A stretch of 64,000 nt of DNA from Octopus vulgaris (taxonomy: Eukaryota): the NCBI GenBank assembly GCA_951406725.2, contig OX597817.1:146258001-146322000 (forward strand). The letters run 5' to 3'. Shown here in pieces: positions 25,232-37,760 of the stretch. The notes under the pieces are model-generated. The model had not been told where the DNA came from and ran no database searches. It was given only the letters and a program-made list of their open reading frames with translations. Position 1 is the stretch's first letter. Each line of letters starts with the position of its first letter. The translations under genes were made by a program, and so were the position numbers.

Positions 25232-25950
25232 TGTATGGATGTGGTCTGATCAATAAGTATCCTGACTGTTGCCATAGTAACGATGTTAATGCATACAGAG
25301 TAAAGGCACAGACTGACCTTGAACTCTGCTGTGCATGTGCACTAAGTTTTAACGTTCTAGCACACCAAGGAACGTGTGTAGCGTGTGATTGTCACATTGA
25401 CAATGACAGAGAAAAATTGAGCAGAGAATCTGCATCAAATTTTGTCAAAAGCTTGGCGATACCTACTCAGAGTTTTCAAAAAGTTTTCATTGTTCTTGTC
25501 CCAATCAAGGAGATTTTGTGCAACTGATATCTGAGTGTCTTTTCACTCAGCTGAAAGCAGTTTTGACACAAACTTAGCAGACATGTGTCTCATACCCAAA
25601 TCTTCAGTGGTAATGGACTAAACTGAACCGTAACTAAGCTGCACATCCTCTGATAACACACGGATGATGATTTGATGATTTCCCCTCACAGCTGCACGCA
25701 TGTCTGCGATGTTTTTCTCAGTTCTGCTGGCTGCTGGACTCCTAGAACGTTCATCAATGTCGACATTTTTTCGGCCAACTTGGAAACGTCTGAACCACTC
25801 ATACACTTGTGTGCGGCTCATACGCTCCTCTCCATACTCTTTCTGCAACTTTACACAGGCCTCTGAACAGCTGTCGTCATGTCAACTTTCTTTGTCATGG
25901 TCAATGCAACGATCACATACTACACACCTTCCTTCCAAGCACAGCTGTAA
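25232..25950. mobile_element. Two convergent 5' fragments of a second mariner family
   Basis: Plus strand EQRICIKFCQKLGDTYSE (about 25418-25471); minus strand LQKEYGEERMSRTQVYEWFRRF (ORF 25618-25848). Confidence 0.8.
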
Positions 25951-25979
25951 ACAGCAGAAGTGAGCTAGAATGTGAAAAC

Positions 25980-26366
25980 TTACTCTTTTACTTGTTTCAG
26001 TCATTTCACTGCGGCCATGCTGGAGCACCACCTTTATTTGAACAAATCGACGCCAAGCCTAGTAATTATTCTATCAGTCTCTTTTGCCAAACTGCTAAGT
26101 TACAGGGACGTAAACACACCACCATCGGTTGTCAAGCGATGTTGGGGGACAAACAAAGACACACAAACATATACACACACATACATATATATATGCATAT
26201 ATATGAGGGGCTTCTTTCAGTTTCTGTCTACCAAATCCACTCACAAGGCTTTGGTCGGCCCGAGGCTACAGTAGAAAACACTTGCTCAAGGTGACACGTA
26301 GTGGGAATGAACCCGGAATCATGTGGTTGGTAAGCAAGCTACTTACCACACAGCTACTCCTGTGCC
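25980..26366 (-). mobile_element. SINE family A
   Basis: Full-length match. Confidence 0.9.
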
Positions 26367-26369
26367 TAG

Positions 26370-26539
26370 ACACTACACACATTTTTTTCTCTCCTTGTTT
26401 TTTCTGTGTCCCTTTCTGTAGAAGAGCATAGGCTCGAAATGTAAAAGACTTTATCTATTCCTGAGCATTATACTAATACATTTGTTTGTTTTGTACATCA
26501 CCTGTCTTTGTCTTTTGTTTTTTTCGTAAACTCTCCCTA
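26370..26539 (+). mobile_element. PLE-like mini-element with hammerhead-like motif
   Basis: CTTT-CTGTAGA-A-GAGC ATAG GCTC-GAAAT-GTA-AAAG at 26412-26448; ends at (TA)n. Confidence 0.6.
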
Positions 26540-26551
26540 TATATATATATA

Positions 26552-26850
26552 ACGGGAAGCTTTATGAAAATAGACAAAAGATGAAGGCAGGTGGAATACA
26601 AACAAACAATTATATTAGTATGGCGCTCAGGAATATAAATAAAACAAGTCTTTTACGTTTCGAGCCTACGCTCTTCAACAGAAAGATACACAGAAAAGAA
26701 ACACAGAAAGAAACAAGGAGAGAAAAAAAATGTGTGCAGAGGCTAGCGAATCAACATGGCGATCTGATTTCGGCCAGAAGTCAAAGATCAAACGTGAGAC
26801 GCAAGAGCGAAATTAGGGGAGATAATAGGGTTAAATGACCTCGCCCCAAC
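26552..26850 (-). mobile_element. PLE-like mini-element with the best-preserved hammerhead-like motif
   Basis: Minus strand TCTTT-CTGTTGA-A-GAGC GTAG GCTC-GAAAC-GTA-AAAGA at 26649-26686. Confidence 0.6.
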
Positions 26851-27009
26851 ATAAATACTTTCAAATACCACTGCCTGGCAGGATTGCCTTATTGCACATT
26901 CACAACAGAGATCAAGGTCAATCTTTGCCAGGTAGCTTCACTCTGCATGCTTTAGCTTTGATACTATGGCAACAGTCCAGATACGTATTGATCAGACTTC
27001 ATATGTATG

Positions 27010-28530
27010 AGTAGAGTGTGGCACCTACAGAGGTATTACTCTACTATCAGCTGTTGGCAAGGTTCTGGCAAGTATTCTTTTTACCTGCCTGAATAGGTCA
27101 TCTTGTAAATGATGTTCTATCTGAATCTCAATGTGATTTCCAATCTGGAAGAGAAACGATAGATATGATTTTCACAGCAACACAGATGCAGGATAAGTGT
27201 TATGAGTAGAATATAGATCTTGTTCAGGTATTCATTGATTTAACCAAGGCCTTTGATACTGTGAATAGGGCCTCCCTATTGAAAATACTTGGCAAACTTG
27301 GATGTCCAGATCACTTTGTATCAATAATCAAATCATTTTATGATGAGATAGAGGCTTGGGTCAATGTTGATGGTGGCATGGCGGGACCCATTCCTGTAGA
27401 GAATGGTGTCAAGTAGGCAGACATCCTTGCCCCAACTCTCTTTTCTCTGTACTTTACTGCTACTCTTACTCATGCTTTTGTTGTGGACAGCTCTCCTGGG
27501 ATACATGTTAGGTATTGATCTTCTGGCTGTCTTTTTAACCTGCGTTGATTTGCTGCCAATTCAAAAGTTTTCCAGTCTCTTATTCGTGACTTCCTTTATG
27601 CAGATGACTGAGACTTAGTCACTCATACAGTGGCTGATATGCAAATACTTATGAATCATATTTCTGTTTCTTGCAAGGCATTTGGACTCAGTATTAGCCT
27701 GGACAAGACTGCTGTAATGTTCCAGCCTGCACCAGGAAACCTATATGGGGAACAAACTATCTTGGTTGAAGGAACAATGCTGAAAGTGGTAGACAAGTTC
27801 ATCTACCTGAGAAGCACACTCAACCGTTCTTGCTCTCTGAATGATGAAATATCTTTCAGGCTGCAGAGAGCAACTGATTCCTTCAGGTCTCTTGAGTTTC
27901 GTGTCTGGTCCCAACATGGCATCACAAGGCAAACAAAAATTCCTGTGTATCTTGCATGTGTACTGACATCACTCCTTTACTCATGTGAGACATGAACCCT
28001 TTACAAATGTCATATAAAGGTCCTTGAATGCTTCCATCAGAGATGTCTGAGACACATTCTGAATATTGGCTGGACCTTAAAAACTCCAGATACACAGATC
28101 CTGAGAACAGCTGATATCTTGAGTATTGAGGCGATGATGCACAAACAGTGGTTACATGTTAGAATGAATGACAGCAGGATCCTTAAACATGCTATATGGG
28201 GAAATTGTTAGTAGAAAGGGACCCTAGCAGAAGCCAAGACTGTGATTTAAGCACAGTATAAAGTCCTCATTAAAGGCCTGTGAAATGCAAGAGGTTGGCT
28301 GGGAAAGCAATGCTTGTCATCACCATGGATGGAGGAAACAGATGAAGGAGTGAGTCGATACCTTTGAAAGAGCACATATTCTTCATGAAGAATTTAAGCG
28401 TGCTGCTCGGTAACACACTGCTAGTGAAATGAATAGGGAAAGCTTGGTCTGCAATATTGCAATCGTGTTTGTTTGTCAAGAACAAGGATCATTAGTCACC
28501 TATGGAGTTGCAAGTGTAAAGTATAAGGTT
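27010..28530 (+). pseudogene. Decayed RTE-BovB-like LINE ORF2
   Basis: YRGITLLS, FIDLTKAFDTVNR, LAPTLFSLY, LYADD, LLYSCET motifs with stops and frameshifts. Confidence 0.88.
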
Positions 28531-28979
28531 GTCTTGAGCACACAATGCTCTTAAAGGTTAGTAATGGTTTTCCTCAACCACAAATGGATGGCCATATGTA
28601 TGTCATTATTCAGTTTTATTTCAAGATTTCTTGCCAATAGAGAAAGAGCTGGTTTCTAATCTACCCACAACACTCTCGGAGGGGTTGGTGTTAGGAAGGG
28701 CACCCAGCTGTAGAAACCTTGCCAGATCAGATTGGAGCCTCCTGGCTTACCAGCCCTCTGTCAAAACTGTCCAACCCATGCCAGCATGGAAAGTGGATGT
28801 TAAACAATGAGGATGATGATCTATGTATGTATGCATGCATATATATATGTATGTGTTGATTTCATTCTCGCAGTGGACTCTAAGAGAATTAGAAAAGAAA
28901 TTTGAGGAAAATGGATAGATATCAACTCCTTTCAAGTATATGACCCTGCTTCAAATTGGAAAGGTGTAAACATATTTTG

Positions 28980-30120
28980 ACATTTGTCCTAGGTTTTCCT
29001 CTTCTACAGGTTTCCTCCATATTTGGAGATCGACATTCTTTTATGCAGCTGTCTTCATCCATGTTTCACATCACAATACCAGCTCAGTTTTCTCACTTGC
29101 ACGCTACATCTGATGCTTCTTATACACAATTTTTCTCTTAATACATCTAAACTTTGTCACACATGTACACTGACATTGTACATCCATCAGAGAATTCTGG
29201 TTTCATTTCTTTCAAGCCTTTGCATGTCCTCTGCACTCACAGCCCATGTTTCCCTGCCATGTAGCATAGCTGTTCATACACAGCCAGGCATCATACAATC
29301 TGCCTTTCACTCTGAGGGAGAGGCCCTTTGTTACCAACAAAGGTAGTAGTAAGATAGCAGCTCTCTGAACTTTTCAACTAAGCTTCCAGAACATGCCTCT
29401 TGACTGCTTACTTGGTTGCCTAGGTAACAAAAGCTATTGACTACTTCTAAGGACTAAGCCCCCCACCCTGCACTGTCACTGCCAAAGTATGAGGAAATCT
29501 ATTCTCTGTACATTCCTTGTGTTTCAACTGCCACACAAAAAGACTACTTTCTCTGCTTATCTTCTTATGATCCACTGCAGCTCTTTTGTGTCCATAGCTT
29601 CCACTAGGTACACCACATGGAATTTTTAGCTACACCTTTTTTTTACATATTGAGTAAAAGACACCATTCAAGCAAGATCGTTACCAGCATCGCCTTACTG
29701 ACACCTGTGCTGGTGACATGTGTAAAAGATTCGAGCGAGGTCGTTGCCAGTGCCGCTTGGCTGGCCCCGTGCCAGTGGCATGTAAAAGCACCCACTACAC
29801 TCTCGGAGTGGTTGGCGTTAGGAAGGGCATCCAGCTGTAGAAACTCTGCCAGATCAAGATTGAAGCCTGGTGCAGCCATCTGGTTCGCCAGCCCTCAGTC
29901 AAACTGTCCAATCCATGCTAGCATGGAAAGCGGACGTTAAACGATGAATATGATGATGATGAGTTGGGCCATTTCCAAGACAGAATAAATAATTTGTCTG
30001 CTTTCTGCTTACTATTATTTTGGTCTTTGCTTAATTAACTCTAAAGTTCTTTGATTGCAGTCCTTGCTTCTTCACCTGAAATTTCTTCTCTGTTTCTAGT
30101 ATAGATTCATCTATAAGAAC
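28980..30120 (-). pseudogene. Decayed RTE fragment, near-identical inverted counterpart of 8225-8925
   Basis: Antisense ORF peptides MLLIHNFSLN...ALCYQQR are nearly identical in both copies. Confidence 0.85.
29652..29960 (+). mobile_element. RTE 3' UTR fragment nested in the decayed RTE
   Basis: Family match; absent from the 8.3-kb counterpart. Confidence 0.9.
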
Positions 30121-30679
30121 AAATCAATGTTTACTGAAAGTGGATAGAACTCGTGGAAGAGGGAGATCTAGAAATACATGAGCCGAAGTACTAAAGGATA
30201 GCCTCAGAATGCTAAACTTTTTGGAGAGATGACAAAAGACTGAGACATCTTGTGCCTTGCTGTATTTAAGAAGACCTGTCCTTGGGTCTTTGTGGTTATC
30301 GTCACTATTGAAATCTTTAAAAAAACTTTTTAATGTATCATATAGATGTAATTTTTTGACACTGAATCCCAATTTTTTATTCATTTGTTCTAGAAAAAGT
30401 TTGTGGAAATGTTACAGGTGTTCAAAGTTTGATAATTTTCATTATTTTCAGCCAATCAGAAAACAGCATGTCCATTGCTTCTTCCTTCATCTGTCACAAT
30501 AGCAAGAAGGGTGGGTTGAGGGCAAAAACAAACAATTATCAAACATGTGGTGGTTACACTCCTTGTGCACATGCACAGCATCTTTAGTTACTATGGAAAC
30601 AGAATTCTTTGCAAACAGTTATGGAACACATGGTGGTTACACTACTTGGTTACTATAGAAACAGAGTTCTTGGCTTACT

Positions 30680-31050
30680 ATTCTTTTATTCTTTTACTTT
30701 TTTCAGTCATTTGACTGTGGCCATGCTGGAGCACCACCTTTTAGTCGAGCAAATCAACCCCAGGACTTATTCTTCGTAAGCCTAGTACTTATTCTATCGG
30801 TTTCTTTTTGCTGAACTGCTAAGTTACAGAGACGTACACACACCAGCATTGGATGTCAAGTGATGTTGGGGAGTGGGGTGGATAAACATAGACACACACA
30901 AACACACACATATATATACATATATACAACAGACTTCTTTCAGTTTCTGTCTACCAAATCTACTCACTAGGCTTTAGTCGGCCCGAGGCTATAGTAGAAG
31001 ACACCTGCTCAAGGTGCCACGCAGTGGGACACACAGCCATTCGTACGCCT
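30680..31050 (-). mobile_element. SINE family A
   Basis: Family match. Confidence 0.88.
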
Positions 31051-31349
31051 AGTTGAGAAAAATTGAACAACTTAGAGAATTAATGCTACTTTTGTCAGAG
31101 TCATTTCTGGTTATAAGCAAGCAGAACACTGAAAAAATGATACAGACATGGGAAAGGGAGCAAAAAGAGACAAATATAAGGTGAGTGGAAGAGAGATAAA
31201 AAGAAAAGGCAAAGTGAAGTGATGATTTGGAAAAGAAGAGAGGAAGGATTAGAAAGAATAGAGGAAGGGAAGTATGCCTGGAATAAGGGACCAAGGATGG
31301 CTGAAATTAAGGAAGGGACAGTCATAAAATCCCTCATCACATTCAGAAA

Positions 31350-31769
31350 CATCTGCATTGTCTTCAGGTCAAATACTATTGAGATTCGGTGCAACACCAG
31401 TGCAGAATCACCTCCCTCTGACAAGTCATCCTAATGAGACGTCTGCGTTGGCTGGATCATGCCCTCTGTCGTCAACCAGAAGAATTCATCTACGAAGCAA
31501 TTGCCCCAGCTCCCCTTCAGGGTTGGCGAAAGTGATGTGGTGGACAACGAAAAACCTGGCTGATGACAGTCAAGGCTGATCTGGAACCCAACTTGGACCC
31601 CCATATCTACAGCATTCGCCGCTGGAATAAGGAGTGGTTGGAGATCACGCGGTTGTTAGCCTCAAATCGCCAGGTCTGGTCGGTGTTTATGAGAGATGCA
31701 GCATTGAGGATGAATGAAGCCAGCTCAACCCACCCCAGGTGAATGCTGTCTCAAGTCAAGTCAAGTCAG
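31350..31769 (+). mobile_element. SR2-like RTE LINE 3' end
   Basis: RRLRWLDHAL...GGQRKTWLMTVKADLEP...RRWNKEWLEI...NRQVW; (CAAGT)3 tail. Confidence 0.75.
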
Positions 31770-32421
31770 TTTAAATCTTTAATATTGGGTTGTTCATGCT
31801 ATCTCACATTGGGAGTGAATTGTATTAGAAAAAATGAATGGTAAATGGAATGAAAAATCAGCAGTTACTATTTTATGATAGGGAAAGTAGAGAAAGCTTT
31901 GGTAAGAGTGGACACAAAACAGAGGGAACATGTGAGGTTAAAAATAAAGCTAAAATAAAATCAAAGAGTTTTTAAAAACCAGATAAAACTGATGGCCAAA
32001 TATAATTTTGGATTAAATTAAATGAAAAGAATTTTAAAAATTAAGGGTTAAAGATTAAAATTGAAAACCAAAAAATTTTTAAATTAAAGAATTAAAAATT
32101 ATAAGATTAAAAAAATATATATACGTACATGTGTGTATTCATACACACACACTGTGCTTGATGAATTGAAGGCAGGCAAACCAATATTCTATGTTTAAAT
32201 TGATAAATTTTTAAAGGTTATCATTTATAAATAGAAATTGATAATTTCTCACATCCATATAGTTTTTAAATATTTATACATTACAGTTTTTATTATTTAT
32301 AATTACAGTTCAAAATATTTATAGTTAGAATTTCTACTAGAATATTGGTGTGCTTGTCTTCAATTGATCCAGCTTAAGATGTATATATATGTATTCATAA
32401 AATGTATATATATGTATTCAT

Positions 32422-32467
<46 letters not shown>

Positions 32468-32470
<3 letters not shown>

Positions 32471-32947
32471 TCATCATCATCTTCGTTTAACGTCCACTTT
32501 CCATGCTGGCATGGGTTGGATGGTTTGACTGAGGGCTGGTGAGCCTGAAGGCTGCACCAATCTCCAATCTGATCTGGCAAAGTTTCTACGGCTGGATGCC
32601 CTTCCTAATGCCAACCACTCCGAGAGTGTAGTGGGTGCTTTTATGTGCCAGTGGCACGAGGGCCTGTACTGGCATCAGCCACGCTCAAATTGTGCTTTTT
32701 ATGTGCCACCTGCACAGGAGCCAGTCCGGTGGCACTGGCAACAACCACACTCAAATGGTGCTTTTTTTATGTGCCACCAGCATGGGAGCCAGTCAGCGGC
32801 CCTGGCAATGATCACACTCAAATGGTGCTTCTAATGTTCCACCAGCACGGGAGCCAGTCAGCAGCCCTGGCAGCGATCACGCTGGAATGGTGCTTCTAAC
32901 GTTCCACTGGCATGGGTGCCAATCAGGCGGTACTGTCATCAGCCACA
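32468..32947 (-). mobile_element. RTE 3' UTR fragment with about 5 internal repeat units
   Basis: Family match. Confidence 0.9.
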
Positions 32948-33289
32948 TATAATTTACATATAGTAATAATGACAATAATCCTTGGATCACTACATGCATT
33001 TCCACAAATCACATGTCTCTTAAGATCACAGTTCATATTCCCAATTACAGTGTAGTATCCACTGGCATCGGGATTCATTTCTTCAGGCAATATAACATTA
33101 ATGGATGTTTAACAGAGGGTTGTTTATCCTTTTTGACCAATGTGAAGGTTGATGCAACCCCCCAAAAACTGGTTTACCAGTCAGCAACACTAGACTGTGG
33201 CCAGCATAATGGATGAGGAGCTTTATTTGCATATTCAAAACGTTTCCATGGAAACAAATTTAAAAGATAATTTACATGTACATACATAC

Positions 33290-33577
33290 ATGTAGCTGTG
33301 GTCTGTGCTCCCTGACTGGCTCCTGTTCTGGTGGCATGTAAAATGCATCATCCAAACATGGTCAATACCAGTACCACCTGACTGGCTCCTGTGCTGGTGG
33401 CATGTAAACAGCATCTGCTATGTTCTCAGAGTGGTTGGTGTTAGGAAGGGCATCCAGCTGTAGAAACTTTGCCAGATCAGATTGGAACCTGATGCAGCTG
33501 GTGGCTCTCCAGACCTCAGTCAAACTGTCCAACCCATGCCAGCATGCAAAGCAGACGTTAACCGATGATGATGACGA
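33290..33577 (+). mobile_element. RTE 3' UTR fragment
   Basis: Family match; abuts an opposite-strand tail fragment at 33580-33635. Confidence 0.85.
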
Positions 33578-33633
33578 TATCATCATCATCATCATCATCA
33601 TTGTTTAACGTCCGCTTTCCATGCTAGCATGGG

Positions 33634-33665
<32 letters not shown>

Positions 33666-34289
33666 CTTTTACTTGTTTCATCATTAGACTGTGGCCATGC
33701 TGGGGCACCACCTTGAAGAATTTTTAGTTGAATAAATCAACCCCAGTATTTTTTTTTTTGTTAACCCTGGTACTTATTCCATCAATCTCTTTTGCCAAAC
33801 TGCCAAGTTACAGGGCCATAAACAAACCAACTCTAGTTGTCAAGTGGTGGTGGGGAACAAATAACGGGTACAAAGACACACACATGCATATGTGCTATGG
33901 GTTTCTTTCAGTTTCCGTTTGCCAAATCCACTCACAAGGTTAATAGTGTGTAAATATTGGGTTAAAAAACCCTTTGGATGGAAAAAGTTGAAGGCAGTCG
34001 AAACTCACAACTTTGGTAAACAGGCATTCTACCTTTGGACCAAAGCAATTCTTTGAATTTCTCTCTTCATTTTAGAAGCTTTTGTTTTTTACTTGTGAGA
34101 ATTGTGTGTTGTTGACATCATAAGAATTTAGAAATTTCAAAAGCTTTATCTACATCAAGTTCTATCATTAAAAACAAATTATTGCATGTCTCTTGTGAAT
34201 GCTTCAGTTTTGTTGAGAAGTTAAAGAAGGTTTTATTTTTATCACTGATCAATATGGCTGGTCATTCATAAATGACTGTTAATTGTGTG

Positions 34290-34911
34290 GGATCTTTACC
34301 TTTTGACCGCCAGATTTAAAACATAATTTTTTAAACTAAACACTTTCAAACTTTGGACACTGGAAGAATGTGTCATATAAAACATCTTTTACTCTTAGTG
34401 CTTTTGAGAAAAACTTATATTTACGAAGTTATTTCACATTAAAGTTGTCGTATTTCCGTAATTTTAACCAATCAATGACATATATTCAGCTGAATAAAAT
34501 TACTGCCATTGTTTGTTAACAACAACTATCGGTAGTGTATTTTTTGTTTGTCACTATTATTTATGACATTGTTCGTGTGTTTGTACTGGTTTTAGCTTTA
34601 AGGTTTTAGGGTTAGGGTTAGGGTTAGGATTATCATAAATAACAGTGACAAATGAAATTATACACTGCTGGAAGTTCTTGTTGATAAACAACAGCAATAA
34701 TTTTATTCAGCCGAATACACATCATTGATTGGTTGAAATTACCGAAATACTACAACTTTAAAATGAAATAACTTCGTAAATATAAGTTTTTCTCAAAAAC
34801 ACTACGAGTAAAAGATTTTTTATATGACACATTCAACCAGTGTCCTAAGTTTGAAAGTGTTTAGTTACAAAAAATTATCTTTTTAATCTGTTGGTCAAAA
34901 GGTAATGGTCC
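34290..34911. mobile_element. Foldback MITE with about 280-bp imperfect TIRs, 8-bp TSD and internal (TTAGGG)n
   Basis: ATTGTGTG at 34282-34289 and 34912-34919; GG...CC termini; TTAGGG repeats at about 34606-34628. Confidence 0.9.
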
Positions 34912-35916
34912 ATTGTGTGTGACTGGCTGATAAAGTTGAGGATTCTAATTCATCTTAAATGAATATTTTTGTCTGAAGGATGCTGCTTTTCAAGTGAAAT
35001 AGCACCGGACCAAATTCAATACCTGAAAAAAAAAAAGAAAAAAATACAGTCCAAGGAAGCAAATGTTTGTCACCGTCATTGTCATCATCATCAGCGTCAT
35101 TGTTGCTGTCACTGTTGTTGTCATTTACTGCTCAACTTCCATGGTGTTAGTGTGTAATGATAACTATTACACAGCGAGGTTCATGAATTTCAACAAGTTT
35201 TTCTATACAATGGTAAAAAAGGAAGGTGACATTTCAGGACTCTCTTTGTCTGACAGGAAATATATTTTCAGTTAATTTCTTTTCAGACAAGGCTAAGATG
35301 TTTGCTTCTCCATCATGTGGTTTCATGTTCAGTCCAACAGCATAACACCTTGGAAAAGTGAATGGATTTGGTAATAGGAAACTGAAAGAAACCTCTTCTA
35401 TATATATGTATGTGTGTGTGGAGGGAGGTCTTCTTGTCTTGACAAATTGCAATAGATATAAATGAATATCACCATCGTACAAGTAGGGTCTTCTGCGAAA
35501 ACATGTCTAGCAACGAGGAAATATTACCTTGGGGAGGATTGGTAAGGGAAAGATGTTTGACTTGACCCTTGTGAGTATGGAAAAGTGGATGTCAAAACGA
35601 TGACATCCAACTGAGACAAAGAGCTAGTCCTGGATCAAATCAGGCTCCTTTCCTCTTTGACGTATGCAATCTTAGCCAAACTTGTTGGGTATGCTATGTT
35701 TACTGCTGTAACAGATTAATTTATTTCTTTACCAAAGAATTGTTATCAAATCTAACACACTTTAAGCAATCATTTTATTGCTTAGCTTGAAGGAAGTGCA
35801 GAATACAGGACCCTTTTCAGGGCCTGTAAAGTAGTTGAGAGAGCAGGAGTAAGATATCCTCAAATTGGAGACTAGGCCAGAACATTCTGACTTGTCACCA
35901 TTGTCAAGCATACATT

Positions 35917-35967
<51 letters not shown>

Positions 35968-36330
35968 TCTCTCTCTCTGCCTCCTGCTTTCTCTTGTCTT
36001 TCACATGTTTCTCTTAACATCTGGACTTACTCTGTGTGTGTGTTGCTGCCTCCCTTAGTACGACAGAACCATTTAGCAATTATGTAATTTGAACTATGTT
36101 TTACACCTTGTTCAGCAGAGAAGAACTGATACAAACATTTACATTGCTAACTGACAATTGGTGCAATCTAACACTGCAACATACATTCATACACAAATAC
36201 ATCTCCTCTTCTCTGCAATCTTCACTGACTGTTGCTTTACATGAACACAAAATCATTTTTCAGTTTTTGAACAATTTGCAAGCATAAAAATTTGGCATTT
36301 ATTTTTTTGTTTATTTAATTTCATTTGGTT

Positions 36331-36737
36331 TCTCTTTTACTTATTTCAGTCATTTGACTGTGGCCATGCTGGAGCACCGCCTTTAGTCAAGCAAATCGAC
36401 CCCAGGACTTATTCTTTGTAAGCCTAGTACATATTCTATTGGTTTCTTATGCCGAACCGCTAAGTTACGGGGACGTAAACACACCAACATCGGTTGTCAA
36501 GCGATGTTGGGGGGGACAAACACAGACACAAATGTATACACACACGCACACACACATAAATATACATATATATGACGGGCTTCTTTCAGTTTCCATCTAC
36601 CAAATCCACTCACAAGGCTTTTGTCGGCCCAAGGCTATAGTAGAAGACACTTGCCCAAGGTGCCACGCAGTGGGACTGAACCCGGAACCATGTGGTTGGT
36701 AAGCAAGCTACTTACCACACATCCACTCCTATGCCTA
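36331..36737 (-). mobile_element. SINE family A
   Basis: Full-length match. Confidence 0.9.
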
Positions 36738-36951
36738 CGTTTCATGTTTTTTTTTATATATTTTATGTGACATACACTTGAGACATAGCATGAACATATT
36801 TAACCTTTAGTATTCAAACTGGCCATACCTGGCCCAAATTCTCTCCCTGTTTTATGCTCAAACTGATCTAGCCTCTCACATTTACTCTACATGTCATTCT
36901 AAAAATATATCATTCTAAAAACATACAATCACATCATTGAAATGTTGAAGC

Positions 36952-37760
36952 TGTAGTGACACCAGGTTCCAGACGCAATTTTGGGATTTTCATCTACGCA
37001 TGTGCAAGTATTAATCTTCCGCAAGGCCTGCTGGAAGTCCCTTATGCGCATGCTCAATAATCAGCAGCAGCTAGCTTTTACTGCTATTCTTCCTTTTTGC
37101 TTCCTGCTGCCGTCAGAACCAGATGCGACCAGACAAGCTCCGTTGAAGGCGAATATGACTTGGTGAGCTGTGAAGAATGTCTTTAACAATTGTGATTTAA
37201 ACTGACTCTGCAGTTTCCAACCCCAGGCATTCAGGCTACCGATGTCCAGAGATGAAATGCTTATTTTGGCGAAAATAAATTATTATTGTTATCAAACCAA
37301 ATCAAAATAGATGAACATCAATGGAATTTGTATCTTTGTAGTACCAGTGCCGGTGGCACATAAGAAAACCATCCGAACGTGGCCGTAGCCAGTACCGCAT
37401 CGACTGGCCTCCGTGCTGTGGGCACGTAACAAACACCATCCGATCGTGGCCGTTCGCCAGCCTCGTCTGGCACCTGTGTCGGTGGCACATAAAATCACCC
37501 ACTACACTCTCGGAGTGGTTGGCGTTAGGAAGGGCATCCAGCTGTAGAAACACTGCCAGATCTGACTGGCCTGGTGCAGCCTTCGGGCTCCCCAGACCCC
37601 AGTTGAACCGTCCAACCCATGCTAGCATGGAAAGCGGACGTTAAATGATGATGATGATGATGATTTGTTCGGAGATTCGTGTTCCTGCTATTTTTCCTTT
37701 CTACAACTATGTAAGGAAATGTGAGGCACCCAACCAGTGCCAACATCACATCCTACTACA
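36952..37760 (+). mobile_element. Solo LTR
   Basis: TGTAGT...ACTACA termini, 4-bp TSD AAGC, AATAAA near 37274; hosts an RTE tail. Confidence 0.75.
37300..37662 (+). mobile_element. RTE 3' UTR fragment inside the solo LTR
   Basis: Family match. Confidence 0.9.

Noticed and set aside
32631-32935. CRISPR-like regularly spaced palindromic repeats
   Set aside because: Spacers are homologous to one another, there are no cas genes, and the context is a eukaryotic LINE 3' UTR
34606-34628. True telomere or chromosome fusion site
   Set aside because: Only about 4 units, one orientation, inside a TSD-flanked element
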